A stretch of 53,194 nucleotides of DNA, filler included, from Squatina squatina (Eukaryota): the NCBI GenBank assembly GCA_031763465.1. It is 2 parts of 2 records of this genome, joined end to end, with 100 filler letters (N's around TTAATTAATTAA, not from the genome) between each part and the next. Parts side by side here need not be neighbours in the genome. Positions count along the whole stretch, not along the records: positions 1 to 29,009 come from JARFOE010000100.1; 1 more part is not named here. One strand, 5' to 3'. The position numbers and the translations under genes are program-made. Below are positions 1-12,209 of the stretch, piece after piece. Numbering within the stretch: the stretch's first letter is position 1; the number at the start of each line of letters is the position of its first letter. The notes under the pieces were generated by a model. The model saw only the letters and a program-made list of their open reading frames with translations. It was not told where the DNA came from and ran no database searches.

Positions 1-83
1 TTGAAATTATATTTTGAATATTATCAAACATTGACCACATTCCTAATTTACTATATTGTAATTTCTTCCATTTGTCTTTCAAG

Positions 84-512
84 TTTTGCCACAGAAAAAA
101 GCTGATATTGTATTTCTTCTGGATGGCTCCATTAACATTGGACGGCAGAACTTTCCCCTTCTTACTCAGTTTGTTTCCAACATAGTTGATGCTATCTATG
201 TCGACGATGAATCGATCCAGGTGGGAGTNNNNNNNNNNCGAACAAGAGATGATGTCCTCAAGGCTATTGGGGATATACAGTACAAAGGAGGCAGATTATT
301 AAACACCGGAGCAGCCTTGAGGCATGTTAAAAACAGACATTTTGTCAAATCAGCGGGGAGTAGGGTTGAAGAAGGGGTCCCGCAAATTGCTTTCCTTCTG
401 ATTGGTGGGAAGGCAAGTGATGATGCAATAGCAGCTGCAAGGGAACTAAAGAATGCTCGATTCAAAATCTTCACTGTGGGAATGCAGGATGCAGACTTAC
501 AGGAGATCGCCC
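84..512 (+). CDS. COL6A3: Collagen VI alpha-3, N-terminal VWA-domain exon (partial, internal 10-N gap)
   Basis: Acceptor ttcaag at 82-83, phase 1. Reads [20 protein letters not shown]...[41 protein letters not shown], a typical collagen VI VWA repeat. Runs into the gap at 513. Confidence 0.88.
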
Positions 513-612
513 NNNNNNNNNNNNNNNNNNNNNNNNNNNNNNNNNNNNNNNNNNNNNNNNNNNNNNNNNNNNNNNNNNNNNNNNNNNNNNNNNNNNNNNN
601 NNNNNNNNNNNN

Positions 613-725
613 ACAGACTGCAGTGGTTCAAGGTGGCGGCTCACTACCCACTTCTCAAAGGCAACTAGGGATGGGCAATAAATGCTGGCCTTGCCAACGA
701 TGCCCACATCCCAGGAATTAATTAA
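613..725 (+). mobile_element. LINE 3' end fragment (CR1/L2-like)
   Basis: cagtggttcaaggtggcggctcac...gggatgggcaataaatgctggcc...gcccacatccc followed by an A-rich tail; resembles a recurrent elasmobranch retroposon terminus. Confidence 0.5.
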
Positions 726-1519
726 AAAAAAACTCCTCTCAGCTTATGGGTTACCAAATGCAGTCCTTAAGCCCACTTTTTTTTATAAAGAACACAACTG
801 AAGCAGAACGTTCACCCTCTTGGGTCTATTGAAGGGCATTTGTTCTACAGGATTTGCATAATAAAAGAACTAAAATCCAACTCAATCTAGGTGCATGTAA
901 ATCTCATTCAGGGAGAACAGTTGCTGGAACTGTACCTCAACATTACAGATTAAATCAAAAAAGATCCACTCAGAATACCAGCAGCAAAGCTACAAGCATT
1001 GTTACTGCTGGCTGCAAAACTCTTTCAAGGCAATATTGTTGCTTGAAATTCTGCTCCTTCAGTGTATAAGGTAAAATACAGAGCTATAAATGGGTACTTG
1101 CTTTCTTAAGCAAAATCATTCCATTTAAATACATGGCTCTCCCAGTCTTTACAGCACAATAAAAAGGCTATTAACTATAATTTGACCATTGTCAGTAGAC
1201 AGTTTTCACTGCTTCCATTAATAAAGATCGAAAATAGAATAGGAAGCAGGTACACATGGTAAAGCAGGTTCAAGAATGCAGCAACTGGAAATCCTACAGG
1301 CACACTAAAAGACACCCAGTTCTTAAAAGCTATCAAGTTTTCAAAACAAAAGTTTTGAATTACAACTTTAAAAAATTTAAATCCACCGTTACAGTAAAAG
1401 CAGTATAAATATTTCTCAACAGCCAACATCTAGTCATAAATCTCTAAAGCAAAATTATACTAGTACTACTACTACGATGTGGATCAATAATCATTTATAC
1501 GAACTACACTATATCTGAA

Positions 1520-2489
1520 TGCACAAAGCATTCACAACAAAATAGATGAATAGCGCAGATAAAAATAAATGGCTTTGACCTAATAGCCATTACGGAGACA
1601 AGGTTGCAGAGTGACCAAGGTTGGAAACTCAATATTCTAGGATATTTGACTTTTAGAAGAGATAGGAAAATGGAAATGTGGGTGGGGTTGGGTAACCATG
1701 ATAATAAAAGATGGGATAAAGACATTAGAGAGAAAGGATCTTAACTCAGAAAATCAAGAGGTAGAATCAGTTTGGGTGGAGTGAAGAAACAAGGGGCAGA
1801 AAACACTGGTGGGAGTAGTTTATAGGCCACCTAACAGTAGTTGTAGTATCGAGCAGCGCATAAATCAGGAAATTAGAGGTACATGCAAGGGTAATACAGT
1901 GAACATGGGAGATTTCAGTCTTGAAATAGACTGGGCAAACCAAATTCACAGTATTATGGATGAGTTTATGGAGCATATTCAGGATAGTTTTCTGGATCAG
2001 TATGTCGAGGAACCAACTAGAGAACAGCCTATTTTAGATCTTGTATTGTGCAATAAGAAAGGGTTAATTAATAGCCTTGTGTCAAAGGAGTCTCTGGGGA
2101 AGAGTGATCACAATATGATAGAATTTTATATCGAGTTTGAGTGTGATTTAATCAAGTACGAAACTAGGGTATAAATCTGAAAGCAAACTGTCGTTTTGAG
2201 GGGCGAGTTGGCTAATGTAGATTGGAAAACTAGATTAAAAGATATTAGATAAGCAATGCAAACATTTAAAGAATTAATCCATAAATCTCAACAAGTATGC
2301 ATTCCCCTGTGGCTAACCAAAGTTAAAGCAAGTATTAGATTAATGGAAGAGGCTTATAATGTTGGCAAGAGAGTAGTAAGCCTGAGAATTGCGAGGATTT
2401 TAGAATTCAGCAAATGATGACCAAGAAATTAATAAGGAGAGTAAACTAGCAAGAGACAAAAATAAATTGTAAAAGCTTTTATAGGTATG
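1520..2489 (+). mobile_element. CR1 LINE ORF2, endonuclease region, degenerate
   Basis: AITET.L, GVVYRPPNS, MGDF, FLDQYVEEPTREQPILDLVLCN and LGKSDHNMIEF motifs, interrupted by frameshifts and stops. Confidence 0.9.
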
Positions 2490-2789
2490 NNNNNNNNNNN
2501 NNNNNNNNNNNNNNNNNNNNNNNNNNNNNNNNNNNNNNNNNNNNNNNNNNNNNNNNNNNNNNNNNNNNNNNNNNNNNNNNNNNNNNNNNGTAGAGACTTC
2601 AACTCCTGGAGAATGGAACAGAAAGAGAGGGAAAGAGAGAGATTAAGATGTCAGATAACAAGGCGATGGGTCTCAGAACAGTGCTTATGGTATTGGACTA
2701 GCAATCAAAAGGCAACAAGTTCCAAATGTGCAGAAGGTACCAAACTGGGGAGGAGGGGCAAGTGGAATCAGGGAAGCCAGCTCAGAAAC

Positions 2790-3177
2790 AACAAGAATAC
2801 AATCCTCAACATAGTTCGCAATCTGACCATAGTGGAGAGCAACTGTCCAAAGGGAGCCCGCGTCGCTATCCTGACATATAACAGTGGCATAATCACCGAG
2901 ATCCGTTTCAGCAGTGCCAGAAATAAGCGAGACCTTATCAAACAGATTGAAAACCTGCAATTCGTGCCATCGAGGAAAGAGTCTAGCATCGCTGATGCAA
3001 TGAGCTTTGTAGCGAGGAATACATTCAAGCGTGTGCGAAGTGGGTTTTTGATGAGAAAGGTGGCAGTATTCTTTAGTGACGGACAGACCAAACCCAAAGA
3101 GCTCAATGATGGTATCACAAAACTTGCGAATGAGAATATCATCTCTGTCTACCTCTCTCCTAAAGATGATAATGTAC
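2790..3177 (+). CDS. COL6A3: Collagen VI alpha-3, C1 VWA-domain exon (5' part missing)
   Basis: LTIVESNCPKGARVAILTYN...AMSFVARNTFKRVRSGFLMRKVAVFFS closely matches the first C-terminal VWA domain of COL6A3 as recalled. Confidence 0.88.
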
Positions 3178-4589
3178 NNNNNNNNNNCTTATGCTCCTTC
3201 GTGGATGATAATCTCTGGCTAACGATGAAACATGTTAAGAATCTCCATAAGTAAGGCTGGTAACTGCCAAGCAGTGCAAGTTAACATTGTCTCACAATGC
3301 TGGGCACGGTGTATTCTGTTTATAGTACTTGTCGATTTTTCAAATCTGTTTTCCAGTAAATTTTTTGATAAAGGTGAGGTGCTCAAAAATGGAACTCTTT
3401 TGCATTTCATACACTATTGTGCATTCCTGGGTCAGGTCTTTTCTCCTATTCTTTTCAACCTTGGTGGTATCCTGCACTAAGGAGCATTGCCCTTCTCTTA
3501 GATCTCTCTGTACTAAAACTTATACCATGGCTTACATATAAAGTTTTTTTTCCATTGTTCCCGACTGTGCTTTACCAGTGTGACATTCTATTTACCGTAT
3601 CAACTATTTTGTGGATCTGTTCAGTTAAGTTGTCAATTAGAACTAAATTAGGAGCCATTTTATACTTTCAACAAATACCCTCTACAGACTGGATGGAGAC
3701 TGCCCAAACTTAATTCATACTTATTCTNNNNNNNNNNNNNNNNNNNNNNNNNNNNNNNNNNNNNNNNNNNNNNNNNNNNNNNNNNNNNNNNNNNNNNNNN
3801 NNNNNNNNNNNNNNNNNNNNNNNNNNNTTAGTCATGATACTCCGGGCATCATGGTGTGAAGCACGCTTGATGGACCAGATGGTCGTTTCCTGCCTGTCAA
3901 TTTCGCATGTTTGTAAGAGCCAAGCAAAGACTGGGCACTTCTCCAAAAGAAAGTGGGAGTGGAGCAAACAGCAAGTGACTCATAGCCAGCCTGTGCTAAT
4001 ACACCTCCGAGTAACTGGCTCAGAGAGGTGCTGCCAGAGGCCAGGACAGTTCTATCACCTTGTCTGTAAATGAGGTGTGGTACAAGGGAGATGTCAGCAT
4101 TTGATAAAGCAAATTACAGAAAGAAAAATGCAACCACACATTAAAAATGTTTTCTAAATCACACCTGTCTTAGGGTGTCCGTCGCCCTGTAGTAGTACAC
4201 ATTATTATTGTGAAAACTAGTGACTATACCTGTCAAAGCCTCTTTGTTCTTTGGGAATGGTCCATACAGATCCACAATGCAATAAACGGCATTGTTGCCT
4301 TGTATGGACAAGCCGAGAAGCGAGACTTCTTGCAGGCAGGGAGAAATATTAGCACGCGGTGCCATATCTTGGCTGTTTACCTTTGCTGTCAGCCTCCTGA
4401 GGTGGGTCCCTGTGTCATTAGAGGAATGAAGGCCGCACTGCAATACAAACGAGGGCCTGTCCACCGTGATTACACTAAATGCCAATGGGGTGATAGTAAT
4501 GACTTTTCAACTTGCAGTAGCATTGCATTATTCCATTTTTTTTCCAAATGGTTTGTGTTAATGACTCGTATTTTACACACATTTCTCAG

Positions 4590-4760
4590 ATCGGTGCATG
4601 TTGGACTTTGACGCTGGATCGCAGTGCTCAGAGTACAGCGCAAAATGGTTCTTTGACAGCAAAAACAACATCTGCACTCAGTTCTGGTATGGCGGCTGTG
4701 ACGGTAATGGTAATAGGTTTGACACAGAAGCTGAGTGCATTGCAGAATGCACGAAACCAA
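4590..4760 (+). CDS. COL6A3: Kunitz/BPTI-domain exon of COL6A3 (not in ORF track)
   Basis: ttctcag|...|gtaagt, 171 nt, phase 1-1. Reads DRCMLDFDAGSQCSEYSAKWFFDSKNNICTQFWYGGCDGNGNRFDTEAECIAECTKP, with six Cys and the FWYGGC.GN.NRF signature. Confidence 0.9.
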
Positions 4761-4914
4761 GTAAGTAATATAGCTGGGGAGGGAATACACCATATTGCCT
4801 AAAACAAGAGCACTGTCCGCTTTTTAGTTTTTTCTTCTTCTTGCAGTTGCTAAAGTTGTAGAAAATAACTGGGGGAAAAAAAGTAAACTAATTCCCCATT
4901 GTTTTCTTCCACAG

Positions 4915-4965
4915 TGCCAGAACAGAGCACATCAGAACCTAAGCTTGAAGGAATCACATTGTCAG
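4915..4965 (+). CDS. COL6A3: Short linker exon of COL6A3
   Basis: gttttcttccacag|...|gtaaat, 51 nt, phase 1-1, open frame (M)PEQSTSEPKLEGITLS, in phase with the Kunitz exon. Confidence 0.65.
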
Positions 4966-6013
4966 GTAAATGTGCACTAACATTAAGCCAGGATTCATGG
5001 CTATCCAGCCCGTGTATTTGACAGCACCTACTGACTTGATCCTGGTGTAAGCTGAACTACTGCTTGCCAATGTGTAAAAAGTCACAATCTGGAATGAACG
5101 GCGAAGTAGAGATGAGATTGAACGTGGGAGGAAGGGAGNNNNNNNNNNNNNNNNNNNNNNNNNNNNNNNNNNNNNNNNNNNNNNNNNNNNNNNNNNNNNN
5201 NNNNNNNNNNNNNNNNNNNNNNNNNNNNNNNNNNNNNNGAACAAAAAGGCTTTCTAAGATAAACAGGAAAACAGTGGGATGCCTCAGCAAGAAAATAGGT
5301 GACTGAGACCGATTCGAGCAGGTGATTAAATTATAACCTTAGTGACTAGTGTAATAAACATAGGCAGAAGGATCCATTAACCATGATATGAGGAGATATT
5401 TAGGTAAATACGCAGTCAATAAAACTGGTCTTCAAGAGATTCAAGAACAGAGAGATCAGGAAGTCTTTTTTGTGGAAAGTATTTTGAAGTAAGCAATTAA
5501 GATGGTTTATCTAAAAGACTCTGCTCTGAAAANNNNNNNNNNTGAATCATGAGGTCTTAGCTGTGAAATGTATCTCTGAAGTAGGAAAACAGAGATGTTT
5601 AAAAGGGCATGATTTTTTAGAATTAGTTGAAGAGCTCAAAAGATAGAGAAACCAGAAGTTACTCTTAGTACAGTATAGACTGATCATCTAAGCTGTAGAT
5701 GAATAAATTCTGTTCCGTACACTCCACCAAGTGTCTTGTGCTTATTTGAAGCGTATTGTTATGAACCAGAGAAAGGAGGTTCACTATCCAACACCGCCCT
5801 CTGTTTAGTTTGAATTAAACCCAGGTTCCAGAGGTGAAGTAGTGTGTAGCCCTCAGTACCCATCCAATCTCCTTGGCTTTCAAATTGGCAACGGTTTGCA
5901 TCTAACTCTAATTTCTGTGCTTTAGTTATATTCGATCGGTTGTGTTCTCTATTTATGCACTCAGATTCTCTGTGGAACAGAAACATAAAATACTCTTGTT
6001 TTTGTTTAAAAAG

Positions 6014-6054
6014 GACGAGTTCAAACCAGAATTGTAACTACAATGGGAACGTAA
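6014..6054 (+). CDS. COL6A3: COL6A3 terminal coding exon
   Basis: Acceptor tttgtttaaaaag, phase 1. Reads RVQTRIVTTMGT*, matching the ...VMGT* C-terminus of COL6A3; AT-rich 3'UTR-like sequence follows. Confidence 0.82.
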
Positions 6055-8071
6055 ATGAAGTGGTGACTCTACCGTACATATACCTCTGATAGGAGCTGGC
6101 ATCTACAGCCTGCCATCAATCCCGATATGCTAAGGGTTCAACAGATACCTTGCACTGTACTTGTAATAGCTTTCATTAATCAAATGTTGAGGATTTGAAG
6201 TCTTTAAAAGCTGCATGTTATAATGGTGCTAACTTTGTGTCTGGGTGCTAAATTTGTGTGGAAGTAATCTGTCCACTATTGCATACATAGACATCTATAC
6301 AGCTTGTTTTTCTTGTCTGTTTGTTTTACATTTTTCATACTTAATACAAACATTTCTAACCCTCACATCTCTTTTTGTAAAAAAAAATTGTTAGTGACCA
6401 AGTAACATTACAATCATTTTTTTAAAAAAGTCAGACACAGAACAAAATCTTATATGGATCACTTTGGGGAAAAATTATATTAAAAAAGCTTCCATTGTAT
6501 GTATATGCTTTGATCAATTTTTTTTTTAAATGAGGGGGGGATTATTAGCTGAAATGACACATGTANNNNNNNNNNNNNNNNNNNNNNNNNNNNNNNNNNN
6601 NNNNNNNNNNNNNNNNNNNNNNNNNNNNNNNNNNNNNNNNNNNNNNNNNNNNNNNNNNNNNNNNNTTAAATTTCAGCCTACTTTGCATGCACAGGGCTGT
6701 ATCAAGTTTGTTTCAAGTTTGCACTTATACCCTTGCTTTACTTTTTCTGTTTCTATTACAGGAGGGAAGGTATATGTTTATAGTATGTTGGGCAGAGAAG
6801 AGGTACACTGCACACTGATTCATTGCTGGGGAGGAGATATACATACGTTTAGTGGTACACACCTTCAGCATTGGTTTGTGCTCATTCAATCCCATCAGAG
6901 GGCAGCCTGCGACCTCACAGTTTTGCCCCGCTGCCATGGAACAATGTTCCACCAATTAAAATGTGGAAAATGACAAATTTCCAGGTGCGCACAGACTTTC
7001 TGGCAATAAAACTATTGAGCTGTCCAACTGTGTGAAACGTGGCAGCTCACTGTGTATTCTTACCACTCAATAAAAACCTTCTGTAGCTAAAGGGTTCTAA
7101 ATAAAGTTTAAAAATACACCTCACGTGGAGCTCCAGCAAGTCACATAGCAAAGCTGTCCGCAACTGATGTAATGTCTTGAAGTGCGTGCCAATCAATATA
7201 AAGAAGGAAGCCAAGGAACACTACATGTAGGTTAGCATGTGTAGCTTCTGCTGCAAGTTAACAGTAATGTGTCTAGACAATATTCCATTTCAAATTGTCA
7301 CTCACTATATATCATGATTTTAAGAACCTTGGATTACTATTAAGAAGCAATATTTGAAGAAAGAGTGTAAAACTCCTCCCAGAAGCATATTGGGTGAATG
7401 TGTTGTACTAAGTTTTACAAACCAAAAGGTTTGCATCTTTGTGTTGCCTTAGCTGATTGAAGCTGGGACAGCAATGAAAGTACTAAAATTGGCCACAGCT
7501 CCTGTAGTCCAAAATTGAAGGGTGAGGATCGGATGAGGGGAAAATCAGTCAGGGTATCGGCTCCAGTGATTACATGCTGGAAAGTGTGCATATGTGGTTG
7601 TTGGGCATGGACAGGGTCAGGCTTGGCTGTGATACTCCCCACAGTTGAATAGACTGCCAACTCTCACTGTTTCAGCTCACACATGAAGGATGGCGATTTG
7701 GTTGAGATGCTGGAGTGCTTCCAGCGCTCATGAGGTGTTCCTTTCGGCCAAGTAGTGAAATGCAAACATATATAGTTATTATCGTTAACTTATTAATGCC
7801 CAAAACACCACCATAAGAAACTAAGGANNNNNNNNNNNNNNNNNNNNNNNNNNNNNNNNNNNNNNNNNNNNNNNNNNNNNNNNNNNNNNNNNNNNNNNNN
7901 NNNNNNNNNNNNNNNNNNNNNNNNNNNACAAGAACATTCAAGAGCAACTTCGAGTCTCCTTTTCGTCAAAGTTAGTATACAGAGAAATTCTGCTGGTATC
8001 CGTCACTCTCAAGAACAAACTGACATGGCTGGGTTTTGTTTCTCTCTCTCTCTCTCGACTGTGGTGGTTTG

Positions 8072-8151
8072 TCAGTTCTCGAGGAAGGCCACGTAGTCAG
8101 TTAGTCTGGCCAACTGTTGTTCATTAGGAATCTGTGGTACTGGAGGAGGCT
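8072..8151 (-). CDS. COPS8: COP9 signalosome subunit 8, last coding exon
   Basis: Acceptor ttttaacag, then [26 protein letters not shown], the conserved CSN8 C-terminus. Confidence 0.95.
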
Positions 8152-8842
8152 CTGTTAAAATTATAAAAAAAAGCAAATGAATCACTTTACATATTCATGT
8201 TAACATTACCATTTTGTGATGTGGGGGCTCAAAGGAATGTAATGGACATGAAGCGTTTTTTTTGGGTGGTCAGCTTAAACAGCCTAAGTGAAGGAAGCAG
8301 CAAATGCCCGGGAGAAACAGGAAAAGACAAATCAAACACAAAAAGCAAGCGTCTTTTATTTCCATGCATAGTTGTCATTTGTTTTTCTTTATTCCATCCT
8401 TGCAATCATTAACTAAATTACATCTGCAAAACATCTGTTGAATGGCAATCGCATGGATGCAGATAGAAAATCCATCAACGCAGTTTTAAAAACGTCTAAT
8501 GGAAGGCTGCATTGAAAAGTCACATTAAAGTCACTAAATAAACTAGAGAAGGTGTCTTTCTCATTGGATTTCTTTACAGCCAACCCATGAAATGTGACTC
8601 CAGGAAGTAAGGCAAACAAAAAAAAGCATTTTGGAGATGCAATCAGATGCAGACATAACTTAAAAGGCTTTTAAGCCAAACCAGACTATTTCTGTCAGCT
8701 CCCTTTAGGGGGAATGATTTGCATGCTAAGTATAAAATAATCTTTCCATTTGCTGAACGGCAGATGTACAATTGTTTTTACATTGCCTGTTCAAACGCTG
8801 CAAAGACTTTATTTTAAAAAGTAGAGCAACAGCACCGCCTAC

Positions 8843-8905
8843 CTGTTTTTTTGGGTACAACCATTCGTGTGGAAGGATCCGCCTGCCACCCTTGTTCTAA
8901 TACAG
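8843..8905 (-). CDS. COPS8: COPS8 internal exon (63 nt)
   Basis: ttgcag|AVLEQGWQADPSTRMVVPKKT|gtagg. Confidence 0.93.
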
Positions 8906-9807
8906 CTGCAATTAGAATAGAAGGGAAACTAGATTGAGCTTTGGAAAGATGGAAAAATACCATTAAAAAAACACAGCAATAACAAACAGATGTAAACAAG
9001 ACAAAAAGAGGCATTTTTACAAGTGAATGTGTAGACCTTAGACAAATCAATCATCATTTAATTCCAGTTGTTCCTATGCTATATATTTGTCAGTATGTGG
9101 TGCTTGGTGCAGAGTTATGAGACAAATGTTGAATTTTATAGATAGTAGGCAGGGCATTTTTTGTTGTTGCTTTATACAGGTATCTGGCTAAATATCAAGA
9201 TTTCTTAAAACTTCTCTATACTGGAAGAAACACTATTCATCTGGGGAGTATTTTGTAAAGCTATGGTTAACAGCGCAAAGCCCTTTTGTACAAGTCAATT
9301 AAATGCGGTTAGGTGTTGGAATCTTGTCTGCATCTAGGCATTAACCTGATTTGTTCAATTGACATCTATCTGTACATTTCAGACAACTTTTTTTTTTAAT
9401 ATAAAAAAGAACCTATTTTTAAGTCATCGTAGAGATACAATTAATCTTGTAGTATCTAGACAAACAGTATGTTGATACCAGTAATAAGATACAACTACAA
9501 TTCTCTGTGTCCATTAAAAGATTACCCTTTAAGGCAGTGCATTCCACATCAGAATAACTCATCGAGTTGCATCGAGTCTGCAGCACAGAAAAAGGCCATT
9601 CGGCCCAACTTGTCCATGCTGGTGTTTATGCTCCACATGAGCCTCCTCCCACCCCCTCTTCATCTCACCCCATCAGCATATCCTTCTATTCCTTTCTCCC
9701 TCGTCTAGTTTTCCCTTAAATGGCTAGGCTTAAGTAGTCCATGGAGCATTTAGTAATCACCTCCACACAATCAGTGCAATCAATGTTTACTGCATTCAGT
9801 CTACTTG

Positions 9808-9950
9808 CTTGTTTGTGGGAGCTTGCTGTGCGCAAATTGGCTGTCCCCTTTCCTGCATCACAACGGCGGCTGCACTTCGCAAGTGCTCCTTTGATGTAAA
9901 GCGCTTTGGGGCGTCCTGATGTCGCTCAAGGTCTTGTAGAAATGCAAGTC
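9808..9950 (+). mobile_element. DeuSINE (SacSINE1/AmnSINE1-like) fragment
   Basis: gtttgtgggagcttgctgtgcgcaaattggctg...gtaaagcgctttgggg...gaaatgcaagtc. Related copies lie at 41930-42230 (-) and 45050-45290 (+). Confidence 0.65.
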
Positions 9951-10054
9951 CTTCCACCCTATCACAGACCTTCCCTTTTGTTCTTTCCTTCCCCTCCCCC
10001 CTTTCCCTGCCCCTGACACTTGTTTAAAAACCTGCTACATTTCTACCGTTTTCC

Positions 10055-10091
10055 AGTTCTGACGAAGTGTCATCGGCTTGAAACGTTAACT
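10055..10091 (+). ncRNA. Minimal type I hammerhead ribozyme motif in a Penelope-like terminal repeat
   Basis: AGTT-CTGACGA-(short degenerate stem II)-GAAA-CG-TT-AACT: catalytic core, stem I AGTT/AACT, palindromic ACGT stem III. Embedded in ...acagatgctgcctgatctgctgagtatttccagca, a PLE-like terminus. Confidence 0.6.
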
Positions 10092-11804
10092 CTGCTTCTC
10101 TCTCTCTCCACAGATGCTGCCTGATCTGCTGAGTATTTCCAGCATTCTCTTTTGATTACAAGGGATATGGGAATCGGGCAGGAAGGTGGAGTTGAGGTCG
10201 AAGATCAGCCATGCTCTCGTTGAATGGCGGAGCAGGCTCGAGGGACCGAATGGCCTCCTCCTGCTCCTAGTTCTTATGGTGCTACGTTCACACTCAAACA
10301 CAGGAGTTCTGAGGCCATTGTGGTGGTCAGAGCAGGACAGACTGGGACTTTTTGATCTGTACAACGCAGTCACATGCTCCTTTTAACCATCTGCGTCTTT
10401 AGGAACCAATAGGGTGGGCGGGTGGAAAGATAAGATCGTTAGGTAGGGACAGATGAGCGAAGCCACCTTAGCTGGTCCAAGAACTTACCTACCTCACAAC
10501 AGGTCATCCAACTATCCCTCGAATACTTTGGAGCTTTCTACCTCCATCACCCTACCTGGAAAATCTTGTTGCCTGAGCCTGGAAGCTAGGAGTTCATCTT
10601 AAAGAAAGAAAGATCTCGGCCGAGAAGTTGGGCCACGTGGTGCCTATTCTTCAGGNNNNNNNNNNNNNNNNNNNNNNNNNNNNNNNNNNNNNNNNNNNNN
10701 NNNNNNNNNNNNNNNNNNNNNNNNNNNNNNNNNNNNNNNNNNNNNNNNNNNNNNNGCCTCCTGACATCTGCCATCCAGACTTACAGATAAAGAATAGTTA
10801 CATGGTGAAGGAACCAGAGGGCTGCCATGGAATCAGTAAACAGTATAAATAACCAAATGCAGAATCAAATCTCTCGACATCCAGTTAGATGTTTTGAAGC
10901 TAAAAAGTGCAAACTAAGTTGCAAGCACAATACACGGTTTCAATGTCAGAAGGACTTCCTCAGCATTAAAGCAACAAATCAATGCACAAAATTCCAATGA
11001 AGCCTGGAAATTCTGCAAGGTAATTACTGTATGAACAATGAATGAATGTGTGTGAAATTCTTCTTACAGTTTAAAAAAAAATGGAGGCACTAACCTGTTT
11101 ATTTTTTAATAAATTTCAACTAGATTAAAGAACTTAATTCACAGGTGTTGAATGATTTGTAAATCACCACACAGCCTCATTCCCAGACTCTCTTGTTCGC
11201 AACAACATTTGATGTAACACCATGTTTGGCACGTGGTACTGTAGTTTTTATAAAAGCCTCAAACTCTATAAACCCAGAGACTATTTATCTGGCACAGCTG
11301 GCTTTTACTGCCTCACGATGTACCTCACAGTGCTCCACTGCACAATTAATTGAAATGGTTGAAACTCCGCAACCAGTGGAGCAGTTACATTTCACACACT
11401 GGAGATCAAATCCTGCTCCAACCTTCACCTAAAAAAATGTCTTCAACAGTGGACTGAAAGCTGAGCGCCAGCTTGATTTGCATTTAATTTAAGATTTAAT
11501 CACATCCCTAAACAACGTCACATCTGATACATAATTTATATTTGAAAAAGAAACAAATGTATCTAATAGGTCATAAGTACTATATTTGTCAGACAACATA
11601 AAAATAAAAGCAATGCATAGGCCAAATACTACCTGTGGTTACATTGTGTAACCCAATGGAGAAGATAAGTGTGAATGAGAACAAGACTCAGTCTTATAAC
11701 TGTAACTACANNNNNNNNNNCAAACAAAAGAACCATTTTTAAATACTTAGTTTTGTACACAGCTATATTTGGTCATTTCTCTTAGAAATCAGTAAAAATA
11801 CTAC

Positions 11805-11912
11805 CTTTAACAGCATCTTCTACTGGAAGCCCCACAAAGGCTGCGAGATCATCGGCACTAATCGAGGTGTATGCTTGAGCAACAAGACCAAAGGCTCGGC
11901 GCCTTGTTGCAT
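11805..11912 (-). CDS. COPS8: COPS8 internal exon (108 nt)
   Basis: ttttaag|[36 protein letters not shown]|gtag. Confidence 0.95.
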
Positions 11913-12209
11913 CTTAAAAAGAAAATAAATTGAACAGCTGTGAGACTGGTTAATTGGCTGCAAACCGACACNNNNNNNNNNNNNNNNNNNNNNNNNNNNN
12001 NNNNNNNNNNNNNNNNNNNNNNNNNNNNNNNNNNNNNNNNNNNNNNNNNNNNNNNNNNNNNNNNNNNNNNNAGGTTTGTTTTTTCCCCTCACTCAAGAGC
12101 CTGCACGAGTGTGGGGTGAGCTGTGGTGTTAATGGTCATTCTACGTTTACCAGGACAGGATGGGTCAGGTTTAATGGACCAGCTGTTTTTTTCCTGTCCT
12201 TTACCCTCT

